A stretch of DNA of 64,000 bases from a phage: NCBI GenBank assembly GCA_023802575.1, contig GCA_023802575.1_3947.1; one strand, written 5' to 3'. The translations under genes and the position numbers were made by a program. How positions within the stretch are numbered: position 1 is the stretch's first letter; every line of letters starts with the position of its first letter. The notes under the pieces were generated by a model that was not told where the DNA came from, did not search any database, and was given only the letters and a program-made list of their open reading frames with translations. Below, one piece after another: positions 52,770 to 61,748 of this stretch.

Positions 52770-55136
52770 TTAATCGTAAATTGTTGTACCTTCTGGAACA
52801 CACTTCACATCAAAGCCTAAGAACTTACTCACTTCAATAGGTGACACTTTATTCCAATCTAAATGAGAAAGCAAGAAGTTTTCTTGTTTTCTTTTTGAAA
52901 GGTAGTTTGTCACCTTAATGACCATGCGGTCACCAGCTTTCTTAATTTTCTTGTACAGCTTTGTATCATTGTCAAGGCATTCTTTCAAAGTTTGCAATCT
53001 ACTAACAGTGTAAGTGTATGCAAACGGTGCAGCAACGTATTGGATTTTACCGAACATTGCCTCTACAGCCTCTTCATTACCTTCTAGGAAGATAGTTTTG
53101 TTTGTATCCCGTGAATAGCAATAACCACGAGAAATCTTCCTATTATTGAATGTAAAGTTTCTGGCAATAATCCAGCTACTTGTAAGGTCAAGAACACCAT
53201 TCATGTAGATGCGTGTCATATACCTGTTATGATTAATCCAATGAACATCAGTTAAGCTGTCGTTCAAGAGCTTCTCATCTACTTCAATCCAGTCTTCTGG
53301 TATCTTTTTCCAATTTGCTTTTCGGAAAACATAAACTGTCTTTCCAATAACATTAGCAACTGACTTAGCTACATCTTCTGGAGATGAGCAAAAACATCTA
53401 CCATCAACTGTGTCACCAACTGCCTTAATATAAAGCTGAGGTTCTTCAATTGTGTCTAAGTCTTCTGACACCTCTTTGTATGAAGCTACAGATTCTGCTG
53501 GAACAGCTTTCCATAGTTTTACAACACCTCTCACAGCCTCTTTACGCTGATAATGATGCTCCTTATCAGACATTTTCACAATCTTTAACAAGCTTTTATC
53601 AAGTTTGTGTAGATTGATTAAATCATCTAACTCTTTTTCAGTCGAGAATACAAACACAATACCATTGTATCTGTGGAACAGGCCTGACTCGTTAGCGTAG
53701 TCTCGACATGCACCACGCAAGATTTGATTTCGTCCTACAGTCTTCTCAGTGCCATTTTTATTGCGACGGTCATTAATCACGAACAAAAACTGTTCAATTT
53801 GGCTTTTACGCATTGCACCAAAGATATTGAACATACTTGCCTCTTGAGTGTAGGAAAGTGCTGTTGCACGAATCTTACTCTCTAAAGAGTTGAACTTGAC
53901 ATAAGCAACTGGGTCATAAAGGTAATCTACTTTAGGGATGTTGTTTCCGTTCCTATCAACCTTAATATTACCTTTACCGTCACGCTCATAAATGACTGAG
54001 CCGTCTTCTGCGTAGATAATCCCGCGACGAATGTTTAGCAACTCTTCTTCCAGAGAATCAAGCTTAACGCCTCCCCACTCTAGCTTTGGACACACAGCAT
54101 TAAACATTTCTCGTGAGTTCAAACGCAACTCAGCATAAGCCTGTGCAGCATCCATGAGTGTGGGCTGATTGTTAATCTTTTTGATAACATCCTTTGTAAT
54201 GGCTTCAGTTATCTTTTTAGTAGCCTCAATGATAACATTTTTTGTCGTGTCATTCATCTGCAATGCTTCACGAGAAGCTGCAATAGCAACTGAACCAATA
54301 GGCATGTAGATGTTTACAAGGTCTACGCTCCTACGGAAAAACTCTGGCAATACTTTGAAGAAATCATCGCCAAGTAATGCTTCCATATTAACAGGGTAGG
54401 CAATGTTACCCATCACCACATTAAACTCTGTCCTGTTATCACTAGAACGCCAGCTGTGCTTATGAATCATGGCATCATAAACACCTTCTTCACGGGCAAT
54501 GACGTTCATATCTGCTAATACATCGTTGTACTCAATATTACTTTCTGGTTTTACAGTGAAGTATGAGTACACATTCCCAGCTTCTTCAAAGAACTTTGAG
54601 ATACGGTGGTCAGCAACTGCCACACGTACAGCTAAACCATTAGGTTCTTTTGTTGGGTTAGTTGTCAGCTTAGTTACTTGAGGGATACCATTCTCAAGAT
54701 AAACAGAGTACTTATTAACAACACCGTCAACATAACTAGATACTGTGAATGACTGAGCAATTGCAAATGGTGACTTTGAGCCGATACCCATTGCACCAAT
54801 GTAGTCATTAGAGTCGTTCTTCGTAGAAGCTCCATAGTTTAGGTACAGACTCATAACTTTATCATGAGTCAATCCAGTTCCAAAATCACGAACTTCGAAG
54901 TAAGGCTCAAAACGAGTAGGTAAATGCACATGGAATGGGATGTTCTCTTTTCCAGCTTCTTTCTGAGCATCCACTGCGTTACATGACAGTTCACGAATCA
55001 CTGCCCTTTCTTTAAAGGTGTATACACCAGAACTCAAAAGGCTGAACATCTCAGGTGTCATTGTAATCTGTGCTTGAGACGTCTCTAAAGAAGTTGAACT
55101 CTTAATCACTTCTGCGTGGTCATTTACCATGCGCAT
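52770..55136 (-). CDS. rIIA: rIIA-like protein with N-terminal GHKL-type ATPase domain
   Basis: 788 aa; N-box-like ELSCNAVDA and G-box-like DFGTGL...GAMGIGSKS; upstream partner of rIIB-like gene. Confidence 0.65.
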   Translation of the reverse strand: MRMVNDHAEVIKSSTSLETSQAQITMTPEMFSLLSSGVYTFKERAVIRELSCNAVDAQKEAGKENIPFHVHLPTRFEPYFEVRDFGTGLTHDKVMSLYLNYGASTKNDSNDYIGAMGIGSKSPFAIAQSFTVSSYVDGVVNKYSVYLENGIPQVTKLTTNPTKEPNGLAVRVAVADHRISKFFEEAGNVYSYFTVKPESNIEYNDVLADMNVIAREEGVYDAMIHKHSWRSSDNRTEFNVVMGNIAYPVNMEALLGDDFFKVLPEFFRRSVDLVNIYMPIGSVAIAASREALQMNDTTKNVIIEATKKITEAITKDVIKKINNQPTLMDAAQAYAELRLNSREMFNAVCPKLEWGGVKLDSLEEELLNIRRGIIYAEDGSVIYERDGKGNIKVDRNGNNIPKVDYLYDPVAYVKFNSLESKIRATALSYTQEASMFNIFGAMRKSQIEQFLFVINDRRNKNGTEKTVGRNQILRGACRDYANESGLFHRYNGIVFVFSTEKELDDLINLHKLDKSLLKIVKMSDKEHHYQRKEAVRGVVKLWKAVPAESVASYKEVSEDLDTIEEPQLYIKAVGDTVDGRCFCSSPEDVAKSVANVIGKTVYVFRKANWKKIPEDWIEVDEKLLNDSLTDVHWINHNRYMTRIYMNGVLDLTSSWIIARNFTFNNRKISRGYCYSRDTNKTIFLEGNEEAVEAMFGKIQYVAAPFAYTYTVSRLQTLKECLDNDTKLYKKIKKAGDRMVIKVTNYLSKRKQENFLLSHLDWNKVSPIEVSKFLGFDVKCVPEGTTIYD

Positions 55137-55164
55137 AATACTTTCCTCTTAGTTTACTGTTAAA

Positions 55165-55341
55165 TCACTTATTAAACATTTTACCAGAACCGCCACACAT
55201 AGGGCAACAACCTGCTCTTGTATAACCTTCCCCATTACAGAAGTCACATTTTTTGTGTTCTGCATAGTACTTGCAAAGAAGGTAAACGAACACTGCTACA
55301 CTACCAAGTGACAGTAAAATTTCTATCCAATATGCTTGCAT
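55165..55341 (-). CDS. Small membrane-anchored zinc-ribbon protein (not in ORF track, under 60 aa)
   Basis: 58 aa read from minus strand: MQAYWIEILLSLGSVAVFVYLLCKYYAEHKKCDFCNGEGYTRAGCCPMCGGSGKMFNK. Confidence 0.4.
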   Translation of the reverse strand: MQAYWIEILLSLGSVAVFVYLLCKYYAEHKKCDFCNGEGYTRAGCCPMCGGSGKMFNK

Positions 55342-55658
55342 GACTCACCTCTCATATTTTTGTAAAGGATAAAGCTTCTGTCATGAACGATACTTGTAGA
55401 TACTGCAAAGTTACTTTCAAGCATCTGTTTGTTTGGATTGTAGAAGCTTTCTTTAAACTCGTCAAGTGCAAACTGGTGATGTTGTGGAAGACCTTTTACA
55501 CAAACCTTTATTGTGATTGCTGCTGCAACCTTTCCAGTCAGTTCTTCTTTAGCTGCTACTAAAATTTTGTTGAGGAACTTATGGCCATCTTCAGGCTTCT
55601 TGATGTTCTCCCAACGTTCTTCTAAGATAATGTTGATGTTCATTTCTTTGATTTTCAT
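55323..55658 (-). CDS. Hypothetical protein
   Basis: 111 aa. Confidence 0.5.
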   Translation of the reverse strand: MKIKEMNINIILEERWENIKKPEDGHKFLNKILVAAKEELTGKVAAAITIKVCVKGLPQHHQFALDEFKESFYNPNKQMLESNFAVSTSIVHDRSFILYKNMRGESCKHIG

Positions 55659-55675
55659 AGTCTTCTCCAGAAATT

Positions 55676-55697
55676 AAAAAGGCTCCCGTAGGAGCCT
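55676..55697 (-). terminator. Rho-independent terminator after NAMPT-like gene
   Basis: GGCTCC-tacg-GGAGCC hairpin with T5 on minus strand. Confidence 0.6.
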
Positions 55698-55711
55698 CTT
55701 ATCATATACTT

Positions 55712-57493
55712 TTAAAGCTGCTTGTCAATATTATTTCGAATATCGCCAAGAGTTGTGTAGCCAAACTGCTCAGAGTCACTAAAGACTAAACGTAAAGCAC
55801 AAGCTGGATGTTCAAGTGCATCTGCAAAGCTCTGGAATCCATAGCCATCTACAGCTTTCAATTTATCACCATCCCACATAGGCGCTACACCACCAAAGGC
55901 AGACTTCTTCACACCACTATCTGTTTTAGGGTCTTTTGCAAGCATAATCTCCTTACCACCAATGCTTGCAAGAGTTGCTTTGACAGCAAATGCAAAGGTG
56001 TCACGAGTCATGTACTGGTAAGTGTAAGAGCCTACACCAAACACTACGTTAGAGCTTGCAAAACCCATTTCATACAAACGCTTCAATATTTCGTTTGCAC
56101 GTTCCAACGTGATAGAGTCACCATAAATAAGTCCGATGTGCTCATCCAGTACTTTAAAACCTTTGGAGTTGATAGTCCCTCCGAAGATGTTATACAGGGT
56201 CTTAATAGCTCCATCAATCTCTGCTACAGGACGTGTTACAACGTTTGCAGAACCAACCATATAAGCATTCTTCAGCAGTACTGTATCAGCAACTTCAAAG
56301 TCTTCTCGGTCAACAACCATTTCGTAGCCTTCTGACAGTAGCCATCCAGCAATACCATAGTTGATGTTTTCAAGCTTCATGTTCAGAACAGATTTCAGCA
56401 TTGTATCACTAGCTTCCAGCTTGCTAAGATGTTCATAATAAGCCTTCTTAGCACATTCTAAGTGGATTGCTTTATAACCTGTGACAATATGCACAGGGTC
56501 TCCAGAGTCAGGACGAATTACCAGCTTGCCGTCACGTTCCATAATCTCTTTACGGAGTTCTGGCAGTATCACTGATACAGTTCTCCAGAAGTTATAAGTA
56601 TCTGAAACAATACTTGCAATACCCGTTGGGTAAGTTTCTGTTAAGAAACGACGGAAGGTTTGTAACTCACCTTTAAAGCGTCTTTCTTCTTCAATCAATT
56701 CGTTACCACCTTCCCAAGCAATGTTTGCACACATTACAGAGTGCTCAGTGGCTGGTACAGAGCTACCAATATCAGAGACTGGGTAAGACTGTCCGTAGAT
56801 GCGTTTAGCTGTATATACGGCAGGGAAGCTATCAGTTCCTTTAAAGCTGGTCAAGTGGCCTACAGCATTAAATGCGTCATCAGTAAAGCCGGACATACCA
56901 CGCATAGCAAAGTCATGGCACTGATAAGGCAAATGCAAGTCGTTATCACAAGTAAGGTCAGCCCACTTCTTACAGATACGTTTGTAGTGCAATGCAATAG
57001 TTGCAATGGTACAAGCCTTCCAAATCTCAGCAGAGAAAGCATCTTCCAGATAACCTGCTACCCAATGGAAACCTGAAACAGTGTTCTGGAAAACAATCAT
57101 TGGGACACGCATAGGGACAACTGTGCCTTCTTCTACAGCGTATACTTCAACTGGTAGATAACCTAAGTCGTGAAGTGCTTCCCAATGCTCTCGACCGATA
57201 GCATCTTTACCAAGAACACCATTCATGACTTCTAAGATTTCGTCAATTGTTTCTTTTTTATCACGTTCAAAGAAAGTGGCATTCCAGTGGTCTATCAAGT
57301 AATCTTTAACAAAACGTTGAATACCAAAAGCCGCTACACCGTCAATTGCTAAAGGGCTGTTAAACCATTTATCACTACGTGGTGTCAGGTTGAACATCAA
57401 GTACTCTGTTGCGCTAGGATACTGGTAAACATGACCAGATTTGTAAGCATCTGCATTTAAACCTGCTGGTACTGCATAAAGTGATTTAGTCAT
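55712..57493 (-). CDS. Nicotinamide phosphoribosyltransferase-family protein (NadV/Namat-like)
   Basis: 593 aa; N-terminal NADAYKSGHVYQYP matches NAMPT signature (human TDSYKVTHYKQYPP); later SSVPATEHSV matches VPAAEHS. Confidence 0.8.
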   Translation of the reverse strand: MTKSLYAVPAGLNADAYKSGHVYQYPSATEYLMFNLTPRSDKWFNSPLAIDGVAAFGIQRFVKDYLIDHWNATFFERDKKETIDEILEVMNGVLGKDAIGREHWEALHDLGYLPVEVYAVEEGTVVPMRVPMIVFQNTVSGFHWVAGYLEDAFSAEIWKACTIATIALHYKRICKKWADLTCDNDLHLPYQCHDFAMRGMSGFTDDAFNAVGHLTSFKGTDSFPAVYTAKRIYGQSYPVSDIGSSVPATEHSVMCANIAWEGGNELIEEERRFKGELQTFRRFLTETYPTGIASIVSDTYNFWRTVSVILPELRKEIMERDGKLVIRPDSGDPVHIVTGYKAIHLECAKKAYYEHLSKLEASDTMLKSVLNMKLENINYGIAGWLLSEGYEMVVDREDFEVADTVLLKNAYMVGSANVVTRPVAEIDGAIKTLYNIFGGTINSKGFKVLDEHIGLIYGDSITLERANEILKRLYEMGFASSNVVFGVGSYTYQYMTRDTFAFAVKATLASIGGKEIMLAKDPKTDSGVKKSAFGGVAPMWDGDKLKAVDGYGFQSFADALEHPACALRLVFSDSEQFGYTTLGDIRNNIDKQL

Positions 57494-57509
57494 CTTTTAA
57501 TCTCTCTTA

Positions 57510-57531
57510 AAATGGGGCTTGGAAGCCCCTA
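57510..57531 (-). other. RNA hairpin between the two NAD-pathway genes
   Basis: GGGGCTTCCAAGCCCC followed by ATTTTAA on minus strand. Confidence 0.35.
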
Positions 57532-57538
57532 TAAAGTT

Positions 57539-58435
57539 TTAATCAAGGTTTGCTACAGTAACTTGGCTATAATGTGTTAAGCCACGGTCTTTAGCTTCCC
57601 CTAAAGAGTTTGTAGTGTAGATATGGTCAATACCATTGTCAAGAAGGTTTTCAACATCTTTAGAGAAGATACCATGTGTTACATAGAGTTCCACTCGTTT
57701 TGCACCTGCTTCACGAAGATGTTTAGCTGCTTCTATGAAGGTTCGTCCTCCATCACAAATATCATCCAGAATCATGACGGTTTTATCTGTCAAATCAACA
57801 TCGTCAAGGATTCGCATACCAGTGATTTCACCAGTCTTGAGGTTGCGTACTTTAGACATTGTGATATATGGTTTATCCACCTCTTTAGCGGTTTCTGCAA
57901 CCTTCTTAGCAGCACCTGCATCTGGGGCCACTAAGTAATCAACCAGTGGGTCATTTGCATAGTGGACTGCAATCTCCTTTTGAGGAATACTCTGGAAGCA
58001 GTTAAACAGGTTATCTGGAACGTAACTGTGAGGGTCAACTGCACAGACTGCACCAAACCCCATTGCATTAACCTGTTTAGCAAAAACCTTCAAAGCTGCT
58101 GCATCGCCTTTAAACATGTGACGGTCATATCGTGCATTTGGTAAGTAGTAAAAGATGACAGTCTTTAAAGCATAATCATGAGGAATTAAATCATCAATTG
58201 CTTCTTTAGCAAGTGCTACAGCAAACAATGTGTCTTTATCATAACCTTTTACAATCATAATCACATTGTTGATGGATGATGCAGCATAAGCAGTAAAATC
58301 AACAAACTCTGGTGAAAAGTGTCCACCAATCTCACCAGAAGGAAATTGGATGATGTTAAACTCTTCTTCATGAGTTCCTTTAGTTGGTGAATGAACTGTA
58401 ACACGTATAGATGTTTTCATAATTTTCTCTCTCAA
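57539..58435 (-). CDS. Ribose-phosphate pyrophosphokinase-family protein (Prs/Adps-like)
   Basis: 298 aa; PRPP-binding loop VMILDDICDGGRTF; adjacent to NAMPT-like gene. Confidence 0.7.
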   Translation of the reverse strand: MREKIMKTSIRVTVHSPTKGTHEEEFNIIQFPSGEIGGHFSPEFVDFTAYAASSINNVIMIVKGYDKDTLFAVALAKEAIDDLIPHDYALKTVIFYYLPNARYDRHMFKGDAAALKVFAKQVNAMGFGAVCAVDPHSYVPDNLFNCFQSIPQKEIAVHYANDPLVDYLVAPDAGAAKKVAETAKEVDKPYITMSKVRNLKTGEITGMRILDDVDLTDKTVMILDDICDGGRTFIEAAKHLREAGAKRVELYVTHGIFSKDVENLLDNGIDHIYTTNSLGEAKDRGLTHYSQVTVANLD

Positions 58436-58710
58436 TCAAAAGTTACGTTAGTTACTGCCATTGCAGACTTGCATTTCACAGGGTCTACAACGTGATAAAG
58501 TACACTACAGTTTCCTGTACTATCTGGCACAGGCTTTACCCATTGCTGTTTGACAGTTGGTTCTCCTAAGTCTTTGTAAGAACCATCTGTATAATTATTT
58601 ACCATCTCAAGTGCAATTGGCTCTGGGACATGACCACGTATCATGTACATTTCACAACCATTACCACCTTCACTGACTAATGATAAAATCTCCCACTTTT
58701 CTTTAGCCAT
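58432..58710 (-). CDS. Hypothetical protein
   Basis: 92 aa. Confidence 0.45.
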   Translation of the reverse strand: MAKEKWEILSLVSEGGNGCEMYMIRGHVPEPIALEMVNNYTDGSYKDLGEPTVKQQWVKPVPDSTGNCSVLYHVVDPVKCKSAMAVTNVTFD

Positions 58711-59218
58711 TGTAAGTTGCCCTATAAACTATCTCGAACTTCAACAGGAGAGATATTGCCAAATCTGTATAGTTGTTGTCAAGCACATCTGGCATATTAT
58801 TTTTGATATATCTCTCTTGCTCTTCATAGGTCATCTTAGGGGTACTTAAAAGACTATCTCCTTGCTTCTGGTTATCAGCTTTAGTCTGAATAAACCAGTT
58901 TGTACAGTGATGTTCACCACCTTTTGTAACAGGTTTGTGGTGGCCTAATGTGAAGGATTGACTGCCTGTGTATCTGCAAAGTTTATTGAGTACTGTAATG
59001 GTGTTCTTCACAACAAAACATTCATACAGGTTGTCTATGGTGTAGTGTGGGGAATATCGAAATAATGCTCTTTCACGAGTACTCTCACGATTCCAGAGAA
59101 TCATGTGATTGGAGTTGGAAGGGTCGTATTGGTGGGAGTCAATGAACTCTTGACGTTCCTCAAAACTGAGTCTTAACACTGACATTGCAGCAGAACGTTT
59201 CAGATTTGACAGATACAT
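58703..59218 (-). CDS. HNH endonuclease-like protein (tentative)
   Basis: 171 aa; LGHHKPVTKGGEHHCTNWFIQTKADNQKQGD resembles H-N-N HNH core. Confidence 0.4.
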   Translation of the reverse strand: MYLSNLKRSAAMSVLRLSFEERQEFIDSHQYDPSNSNHMILWNRESTRERALFRYSPHYTIDNLYECFVVKNTITVLNKLCRYTGSQSFTLGHHKPVTKGGEHHCTNWFIQTKADNQKQGDSLLSTPKMTYEEQERYIKNNMPDVLDNNYTDLAISLLLKFEIVYRATYNG

Positions 59219-59231
59219 ATTATCTCCAAAA

Positions 59232-59257
59232 TAAAAAGGGAACCTTTACAGTTCCCT
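59232..59257 (-). terminator. Rho-independent terminator
   Basis: GGGAAC-tgtaaag-GTTCCC hairpin with T5 on minus strand. Confidence 0.55.
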
Positions 59258-59269
59258 TATAGTATCTGC

Positions 59270-59590
59270 TTACTGAGCTACTTTCAAGATTCTTGTGAAT
59301 GGAATTTCACTTTCTTCCATTAACTCTTTAGTTTCTTTGGTAACTTTCACAAAGTTATCTAGGCAGATAATCTTCTTATCTTTCTTGCTATAGGTTAATT
59401 TAACCTTTTCAATATCTTTCTCAGAGCTTTTCTCTTCATTGAAGAGTTTTACAGCCTCTTTGAATGGGAGATATGAGCCATCATTATCACTAATGAATCC
59501 TGTACCACAATAGTAGGAGTTATGCTCTCTAGCCATAAACTGGCACAGTAAGAAAATCTGTAATTTACGAGTGTTATAAACTTTGCTCAT
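59270..59590 (-). CDS. Hypothetical protein
   Basis: 106 aa. Confidence 0.45.
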   Translation of the reverse strand: MSKVYNTRKLQIFLLCQFMAREHNSYYCGTGFISDNDGSYLPFKEAVKLFNEEKSSEKDIEKVKLTYSKKDKKIICLDNFVKVTKETKELMEESEIPFTRILKVAQ

Positions 59591-59592
59591 GA

Positions 59593-59859
59593 TTATTTAG
59601 CCTTCTTATTACGTTTACGGTTACGAGCTTTCTTAGCTGCTCGTTTAATAGCTGCTGCACCAGACGGACGGTGGGCTTGTTTCTTACCACCTTTGCCACG
59701 GCCTACATAGATGTAAGGCTGCTGTTCAATTTGGCTTGTAAGAACCTGTGCAACCGCTGAAGCATCTACACCGACCTGCTTTCCAGTCATAGAAACAATT
59801 GCTGCTGCTTTTGCCAGTGCCTTCAAGAATCCGGCTTTCATATTACCTAAAATTCCCAT
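59593..59859 (-). CDS. Small basic protein
   Basis: 88 aa; highly basic C-terminus. Confidence 0.45.
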   Translation of the reverse strand: MGILGNMKAGFLKALAKAAAIVSMTGKQVGVDASAVAQVLTSQIEQQPYIYVGRGKGGKKQAHRPSGAAAIKRAAKKARNRKRNKKAK

Positions 59860-59955
59860 TTTTAGTCTCTCTCATTAAAGTTTAATGCAGAACTTATGAA
59901 GTTCTTCTTCAGTGATACCAATTGGAGTTATACCTTAATCCATTTGCCAGAATAA

Positions 59956-60441
59956 TCATTCTGCTCGCCATTGGCAATCACCTTGCCACCCATACTCTTT
60001 TCTCCAGAGGTTTTGGTTATCAGAACCACGATATGGTTTAACTGTTGGTTTAGATGAATCATACTTACCATCAATCACCACGTCAACATATTTCATCACA
60101 TCAAGGTGAATTTTTTCATGTAACTGAAAACCTGTCCAGAGCCAGATAGATTTTTCTGGGTAAACGGTTTTAATACGTTTGCATATGTTGGTAACCTCTT
60201 GAATGTTTCTATCATCCAGAGGTTCTCCACCAAGTATTGACAGCCCACTGATGGCATTATCATCCATTAACTTAATGATGCCGTAGAGGTTTGCATAAGT
60301 AAACACTTTACCGGCATTAAACTTCCAAGACTCCCTGTTAAAGCAGCCTTCACAGTGATGCTTACAACCAGCTACGAAGAGGCTTACACGAACCCCTTCA
60401 CCATTAGCTGTGTCAAATGGTCGAATCTCCATGTAATTCAT
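59956..60441 (-). CDS. nrdG: Anaerobic ribonucleotide reductase activating protein (radical SAM)
   Basis: 161 aa; CKHHCEGC (Cx3Cx2C) cluster motif; overall resemblance to T4 NrdG; same strand as nrdD. Confidence 0.85.
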   Translation of the reverse strand: MNYMEIRPFDTANGEGVRVSLFVAGCKHHCEGCFNRESWKFNAGKVFTYANLYGIIKLMDDNAISGLSILGGEPLDDRNIQEVTNICKRIKTVYPEKSIWLWTGFQLHEKIHLDVMKYVDVVIDGKYDSSKPTVKPYRGSDNQNLWRKEYGWQGDCQWRAE

Positions 60442-60450
60442 CTAGTTACC

Positions 60451-60750
60451 TCACCAATACATATAAGTGTTCTTAGCGGCTTTCTTTGGAGACTTACTAT
60501 CAATGTCAAAGTCTTCATCTAAGAAGGATGTCTTAGAAAGCTGCCTGATTTGTGTTCTTGTAAGACGTTTAGTAGCCTCCTTAATCTCTCTACAAGGCTG
60601 GCTTGTGAAGTCATAAGAGCCACCTTTTCTGGACATCATATCAGAATGGAAGTAGACATCTGAAGCATTTTCTCTGTTACGTACCTCATTTCTCCACTCA
60701 TAGAGTCCATGAACGTTCTTCAAACCTTTTCTTCGAATTGTTTTACTCAT
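60451..60750 (-). CDS. Hypothetical protein
   Basis: 99 aa. Confidence 0.45.
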   Translation of the reverse strand: MSKTIRRKGLKNVHGLYEWRNEVRNRENASDVYFHSDMMSRKGGSYDFTSQPCREIKEATKRLTRTQIRQLSKTSFLDEDFDIDSKSPKKAAKNTYMYW

Positions 60751-61142
60751 TCAAACACCACCTGACAAGGAACCTGTTTAGTAATAAACTCTTCGCAGTG
60801 CTCTTTAATGAAGTTTTGTAATGGCACACAGTCTTGTGCACAAGTCATTAGCATAATGTACTCTGGATTCATAATATTTTCAAGACTGTAGAAGACAACA
60901 TCGTCAGATAGCTCGTGACCATCTTCTTCAGACCAAGTTCCAGTGACTACAGCTAATTTGTCAAGTAATTCATTAGGCAAAGCTACACCATCTTCTACGG
61001 AATCACTTAGAACGTTGTCACCAACATACAATGTGAAGGTCGTATGAAATGTTGAGTATTTTACGTGATTCTTTTCGCAAGAGCCACACTCTGAGGCGTA
61101 ATCTTTAATCCACTCTAATTGTTTTTGGCTTAACTTAATCAT
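60747..61142 (-). CDS. Hypothetical Cys-containing protein
   Basis: 131 aa. Confidence 0.45.
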   Translation of the reverse strand: MIKLSQKQLEWIKDYASECGSCEKNHVKYSTFHTTFTLYVGDNVLSDSVEDGVALPNELLDKLAVVTGTWSEEDGHELSDDVVFYSLENIMNPEYIMLMTCAQDCVPLQNFIKEHCEEFITKQVPCQVVFE

Positions 61143-61354
61143 AATTTGACCTTAGTTGGTATTGCAGAAAATGCAATAGTTAACCCTAAAAATGGTTTGA
61201 AGCATGACCACAAATCCATCTGACCCTGATATGAAAACTCCCATTGTGGGTCTGAGAAACCCCATACTGTGACACTAACCCCAATGAAGAATACCGCTAT
61301 ATGCAGTATGGGTATCGACACCTTTAAAAGCTTAGACATAATTAATTCCACCAT
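61139..61354 (-). CDS. Small membrane protein
   Basis: 71 aa; hydrophobic core ILHIAVFFIGVSVTVWGF. Confidence 0.4.
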   Translation of the reverse strand: MVELIMSKLLKVSIPILHIAVFFIGVSVTVWGFSDPQWEFSYQGQMDLWSCFKPFLGLTIAFSAIPTKVKL

Positions 61355-61725
61355 ATAGTTTTCCCATTATCACATGTGTAAAGATATTCTACAGAAGTTT
61401 GTGGAACAAGTATAGTGGTACTCCCACTAAGCACGCTCACAAAATAAGTGACCTCACGGTTTTGAGAGGTTTTTACACAATTGTTTGCATCCATCCATGC
61501 CATTACCTTATACGAATCATATACAACAAAAGCACAAAATATAAGGAATACCACTACCATAGCTTTAAAGATAAACTCAGGCCAAAAATCTGAGCAAATA
61601 ATGTCTTTAAAACGCATGACACCGATAATGATTAATATGATGAGACATGCAAGGCCACAAACTGCTACATAAAGCCACAAGTCCATGATACAACTCCAAT
61701 AAAAAAGGTGATGTAAGCCTATCAA
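61342..61725 (-). CDS. Membrane protein
   Basis: 127 aa; two hydrophobic helices. Confidence 0.45.
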   Translation of the reverse strand: MIGLHHLFYWSCIMDLWLYVAVCGLACLIILIIIGVMRFKDIICSDFWPEFIFKAMVVVFLIFCAFVVYDSYKVMAWMDANNCVKTSQNREVTYFVSVLSGSTTILVPQTSVEYLYTCDNGKTIWWN

Positions 61726-61748
61726 GACTCACACCACCATGTCAAGTT

